DNA from: Raphidiopsis brookii D9
Lineage (GTDB): Bacteria; Cyanobacteriota; Cyanobacteriia; Cyanobacteriales; Nostocaceae
NCBI GenBank assembly: GCA_000175855.1
Contig: ACYB01000035.1
Span: forward strand, 300,001-332,000
DNA: 32,000 nucleotides
Direction: 5' to 3'
Part shown: positions 27,979 through 32,000 of the stretch, piece after piece
How positions within the stretch are numbered: the stretch's first letter is position 1
Layout: each line of letters starts with the position of its first letter
The notes under the pieces: generated by a model
Told to the model about the DNA's origin: nothing
Databases searched by the model: none
What the model saw: the letters and a program-made list of their open reading frames with translations, nothing else
Program-made: the position numbers and the translations under genes

Positions 27979-28863
27979 TCACTTTTTGCCATTACCGGGT
28001 CTCTTACCCTCATCTTCTTGTCCTGGTTGAGAAATTAACTCCTCAAACATCCCTGTAGAATTAGCCGGATCTACAAAGACAATTTTGGCGTTATTGCTTT
28101 CTCCCAACTTTTGACTAGCTTGGACATAATCCTGGGCTACAAGATAGCGTAAAATATCTTTGCTTTCAGGATGGGCACGCAAGGCCTGGGAAATAATTTC
28201 CATAGATGTTCTAGTTCCCTCAGCTTTTTTGATTGCTGCTTGTCTTTCTCCCTCCGCTGCGGAAATCAGTGCCCGCTTTTTAATTTCTGCTGCACGTTCT
28301 TCTTCCATGGATTTTCTTACGCTTTCTGGTGGTGTAATTCTTTGGAAATCTAACCGCATCATTTCTACCCCCCAGGTCTGGGAGGTGAAGTTTAACTGAT
28401 CCAGTAGGGTACTGTCTATGTTTGACCTAGCCATGTTAGTTTCTTCTAGGGTATTCTGCGCCAAAATTTCTCGCACTGTGGTTACCGCTAAATTGTTAAG
28501 TGCCTCTTGTAGATCATCAACAGCATAAAAACTTTTCTCTATATCTACAATACGCCAATAAACTACCGCATCCACTTCTAGATAAATACCATCCTTGCTA
28601 ATGACATTTTGGGGACTAATATCTAAAATCTGTTCCCTATTGGTATCTTCCATAACGATTTGATCTAGTAGGGGAACTATAAAGTTAATTCCCGGTTTCA
28701 GTTTTCGATGATACCGCCCTAGACGTTCTACTAATGCTTCATTGCCTTGACTAACCAATTTTGTAGATCCAAAGGCATAGCCCATAAGGGCTAAAGCTAT
28801 AGCAATAATTGGCTCCATATATGCTCCTAAGATCTTGGAAAATTGAGTATAAAATGGCATCAT
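27979..28863 (-). CDS. SPFH/band-7 (stomatin/prohibitin-like) membrane protein
   Basis: N-terminal hydrophobic anchor EPIIAIALALMGYAFG, then the SPFH core GINFIVPLLDQIV...DAVVYWRIVD...VREILAQNTLEE and a Glu/Ala/Lys-rich coiled-coil tail. Confidence 0.8.
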   Translation of the reverse strand: MMPFYTQFSKILGAYMEPIIAIALALMGYAFGSTKLVSQGNEALVERLGRYHRKLKPGINFIVPLLDQIVMEDTNREQILDISPQNVISKDGIYLEVDAVVYWRIVDIEKSFYAVDDLQEALNNLAVTTVREILAQNTLEETNMARSNIDSTLLDQLNFTSQTWGVEMMRLDFQRITPPESVRKSMEEERAAEIKKRALISAAEGERQAAIKKAEGTRTSMEIISQALRAHPESKDILRYLVAQDYVQASQKLGESNNAKIVFVDPANSTGMFEELISQPGQEDEGKRPGNGKK

Positions 28864-29236
28864 ATCATATCGTTAACAAAAAAGTTAACCCATGTTCATT
28901 GCCAATAAGCAAGCTTTTTGAGTGACATCTCGGTAAATATTTTGCAAGTGTTTCATGATGGGTTCGCTTTGTTTAAACGGCTGCACTAAGGAACGCAATT
29001 AATTTAGGGATGCTACATCACCATATTTTTCAATGGGTATAGCAAATCGTCTTGGAAAAAATTGTTTATCACCCAAATAACCAGGATTCAGAAAATAAAG
29101 TCGCCAGATACCCCCCTAATCCCTTCCCCTTCACCTTGTATGAAACTAATATATCCAAAACCAAGTCGTCTACATTATATAAGTGTTAGGATTGCCACAG
29201 AGCGAGAATAGAGTGCATAGAAGGAAAAGAAACTGA

Positions 29237-31394
29237 ATGGCAGAAATTGATAAGTCAATATCCTTTGATGGACGGGATATTCGACTGAAGGTCGGATTGT
29301 TAGCCCCTCAAGCAGGTGGTTCGGTGTTGATAGAATCGGGGGACACTGCCGTTTTGGTGACGGCCACAAGATCAGAAGCCAGAGAGGGCATTGATTTTCT
29401 TCCCCTAACAGTAGATTATGAGGAAAGACTGTACGCTGCTGGAAGAATACCCGGTGGTATTATGCGCCGGGAGGGTCGTCCACCAGAAAGGGCTATTTTA
29501 ACTAGTCGTTTGATTGACCGCCCATTGCGTCCCCTGTTCCCCTCCTGGTTAAGAGATGACCTGCAAGTTATTGCTTTGACTCTTTCTATGGATGAGCTGG
29601 TGCCACCCGATGTGTTGGCTGTAACTGGAGCTTCTATTGCTACTCTGATTGCCCAAATTCCTTTCTATGGACCAATGGCAGCAGTACGTGTGGGTTTAGT
29701 TGGGGATGATTTTATTATTAACCCCACCTACGCTGAAATAGAAGCTGGTGATTTAGATTTGGTGGTTGCTGGCTCCCCCGATGGGGTAATTATGGTGGAA
29801 GCAGGAGCAAATCAGTTACCTGAACGGGATATTATTGAGGCCATTGACTTTGGTTATGAAGCAGTTAGGGATTTAATTCAAGCGCAACGAGATTTAATTG
29901 CTGAACTGGGTTTGACTATTGTTCTCCAAGAACCTCCAATACCCGATCAAAGTCTGGAAAACTATATCCGCGATCGCGCTAGTGAGGAAATCAAAAAAAT
30001 AACTCGCTCAGTTTGAGTTGACTAAAACTGAACGCGATGCTGCTCTGGATGTAGTTAAAAGTGCAATTGCATCTAGCATTGAGTCACTTGGGGAAGAAGA
30101 TCCTATTCGCACAGCTGCAACAGCTAATAGTCAAGTACTAACGAATACTTTTAAAGACATTACTAAGTACTTTATGCGTCGTCAAATTGTTGAAGACAAT
30201 GTGCGAGTAGACGGTCGTAAGTTAGATGAAGTACGTCCTGTTTCATCCCAGGTAGGACTCCTACCTCGTCGTGTTCATGGTAGTGGATTATTTAATCGTG
30301 GATTAACCCAAGTGTTATCAGCTTGTACCCTTGGCACACCGGGAGATGCCCAAAGTTTAAGTGATGATTTACAAGTGGATCAGTCTAAACGTTACTTACA
30401 TCATTACAATTTCCCTCCTTTCTCCGTAGGTGAAACTAAACCCTTGCGGGCGCCTGGAAGACGGGAAATAGGGCATGGAGCCTTAGCGGAAAGGGCAATT
30501 TTGCCTGTGCTTCCTACCAAAGAGCAATTCCCCTACGTCATTAGGGTGGTCTCGGAAGTTCTTTCTTCCAATGGCTCTACCTCTATGGGATCAGTTTGTG
30601 GATCTACACTAGCTCTCATGGATGCGGGTGTTCCCATTACTAAACCTGTCAGCGGTGCTGCTATGGGTTTGATTAAGGAAGGATCGGAAGTACGAGTACT
30701 AACTGATATTCAAGGTATTGAAGACTTTTTAGGCGATATGGACTTTAAAGTGGCCGGTACTGATACAGGAATCACCGCACTACAAATGGATATGAAAATC
30801 TCTGGCTTGTCTCTAGACGTAATTAAACAAGCCCTGGAGCAAGCTAAGGATGCTCGATTGCACATTTTGGATAAGATGTTGCAAACTATAGACAAACCAC
30901 GAACTGAAACTTCACCTTTTGCACCACGACTAGTCACAATTAAAATTGATCCTGATATGATTGGTTTGGTCATCGGTCCAGGTGGTAAGACCATCAAGGG
31001 TATTACGGAGGAAACCGGTGCTAAGATTGACATCGAAGATAGTGGTATTGTGACTATTTCCGCTATAGATGAAAGTAGAGCCAAACGGGCAAAAAGTATA
31101 ATTCAGGGCATGACCCGCAAGCTCCACGAGGGGGATGTGTACTTAGGTCGTGTAACAAGGATCATACCAATTGGGGCTTTTGTGGAATTTTTGCCTGGTA
31201 AGGAGGGCATGATCCATATTTCCCAGCTGGCCGATTATCGTGTAGGTAAGGTGGAAGATGAAGTAGCTGTTGGTGAGGAGGTAATTGTCAAGGTTCGTGA
31301 AATTGATAGTAAGGGAAGAATTAACCTGACACGATTGGGTATTCACCCAGATCAGGCAGCTGCTGCACGAGAGGCCGCAGCAACAAATCGCTAG
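29237..31394 (+). CDS. pnp: polyribonucleotide nucleotidyltransferase (PNPase); frame broken once near 30001-30016
   Basis: ORFs 29237-30016 and 30018-31394 together form a complete PNPase. Motifs: [65 protein letters not shown]1 [34 protein letters not shown]. Removing one base at AA 30001-30002 gives ...[22 protein letters not shown]. Confidence 0.9.
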
Positions 31395-31430
31395 TTTTAC
31401 ATAGCTTTGTCTACAAGGTTTAAGTAAAGA

Positions 31431-31464
31431 GGTGTTCTGGCTCACCCCCGGTGGCCGTGACACC
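31431..31464 (+). terminator. GC-rich imperfect stem-loop downstream of pnp (possible terminator or RNA-stability element)
   Basis: GGTGTTCTGGCTCACCCCCGGTGGCCGTGACACC. Outer arms GGTGT/ACACC; inner arms GGC(T)CACC/GGTGGCC around a CCC loop. It begins 37 nt after the pnp stop. No T-tract follows, so the function is uncertain. Confidence 0.3.
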
Positions 31465-31542
31465 TGGGTAATGGGATATTCTCCAGCAATTGTATAATTT
31501 TCTTAAGTCCAAGGAAAATTTAAAATTTACAGTTGTTATTCC

Positions 31543-31809
31543 ATGGTCAGGGCTAAACGTTTACCAGAAACTACTGCCCACGTGAGAATCACCCGTCAAT
31601 CCTGGCAACATGGCCTTCTTGAGGGTGATGTCAGTGCTGGCAATTTTGAATGGCATTTTGAATGGTATTTTCTCCGGGGAGAACTTTCCATTCAACCCTC
31701 TCGGGGAAGGGCCTTGATTAGGGATCCCCTGGGACGCTTTTTAGAAAAACAAGATTATCAGTTGGAACCGGGAGGAGATTATACTTTTATTATTCGCGCC
31801 GAAATATGA
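31543..31809 (+). CDS. hypothetical protein (88 aa)
   Basis: Uninterrupted ORF with non-repetitive, protein-like composition in core-type DNA (MVRAKRLPETTAHVRITRQSWQHGLLEGD...). I recognise no family. Confidence 0.45.
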   Translation: MVRAKRLPETTAHVRITRQSWQHGLLEGDVSAGNFEWHFEWYFLRGELSIQPSRGRALIRDPLGRFLEKQDYQLEPGGDYTFIIRAEI

Positions 31810-31860
31810 ATTATAGCCACTACAGGCAATTCATAAACACTCCAATACTATTGGTCACAA

Positions 31861-32000
31861 CTAGAGGTTTTTGTGACAAACTCCAGTTTCTTCAAGATAG
31901 CGTTCAATTAAGAGAATTGCCACAATATCATCTATAACTCGTGGTGGTTGACGTAAACCTTTGGGTACGAGATTTGTCAATCCTCTGGGAGGAAACATCT
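31861..32000 (-). CDS. 3' end of an unidentified gene that continues past the right window edge
   Basis: The minus-strand frame is open from the window edge to the stop (complement of 31861-31863): ...FPPRGLTNLVPKGLRQPPRVIDDIVAILLIERYLEETGVCHKNL. It faintly resembles the C-terminus of YqgF/RuvX-type nucleases, but I cannot support that call. Confidence 0.3.
   Translation of the reverse strand, partial: MFPPRGLTNLVPKGLRQPPRVIDDIVAILLIERYLEETGVCHKNL

Noticed and set aside
5928-28863. Idea that fibrillin, the dynamin operon, the membrane-tailed GTPase and the SPFH protein form one membrane-remodelling supercluster
   Set aside because: The genes are separated by unrelated housekeeping genes, lie on different strands, and straddle the island boundary. 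The co-location is most likely a coincidence.
28999-29115. Minus-strand open frame ...[36 protein letters not shown]-stop in the SPFH/pnp spacer, which reads like real protein
   Set aside because: It has no start codon and is bounded upstream by a stop, and I recognise no family. It may be a gene relic, but I cannot support it.
29993-30016. Programmed ribosomal frameshift in pnp at the A7 tract
   Set aside because: The downstream frame is closed by TAA 30000-30002, so the shift must occur after the A7 run and would need a +1 event with no recognisable stimulatory context. An indel or error is simpler.

Overview
Chromosomal window from a cyanobacterium. It has nine HIP1 GCGATCGC sites, and nifJ plus a hetP-family gene suggest a heterocyst-forming Nostocales-type genome (inference only). 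The flanks are ordinary core genes. Left: nifJ (partial), a hetP-like gene, a GH65/beta-phosphoglucomutase fusion, a fibrillin, a LivG-type ABC ATPase and a nitroreductase. Right: a glgP-type alpha-glucan phosphorylase, a GTPase with a membrane tail, tpiA, folP, an SPFH/band-7 protein, pnp and small ORFs. Between about 8.6 and 21.7 kb lies an accessory insert with no HIP1 sites. It holds an IS607-family element (intact serine-recombinase TnpA, internally deleted TnpB) and a ~4.9 kb single-polypeptide Type ISP restriction-modification gene (Mrr nuclease, SF2 helicase, N6-adenine methylase, TRD) broken into five ORFs. It also holds a divergently transcribed three-gene operon (dynamin-like GTPase, two-helix membrane protein, second dynamin-like GTPase), about 0.5 kb of repeat-bearing spacer and a decayed hexapeptide acetyltransferase. 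The dynamin operon is the best candidate for an undescribed membrane-acting defence system, related to Eleos/LeoABC but built differently. Caveat: seven reading-frame breaks (five in the RM gene, one in dynamin gene 1, one in pnp) are single-base length changes, six of them in A/T homopolymers. Sequencing error versus real gene decay must be settled from reads. No rRNA, tRNA or CRISPR array was seen. All family calls come from motif recognition by eye; no database search was possible.
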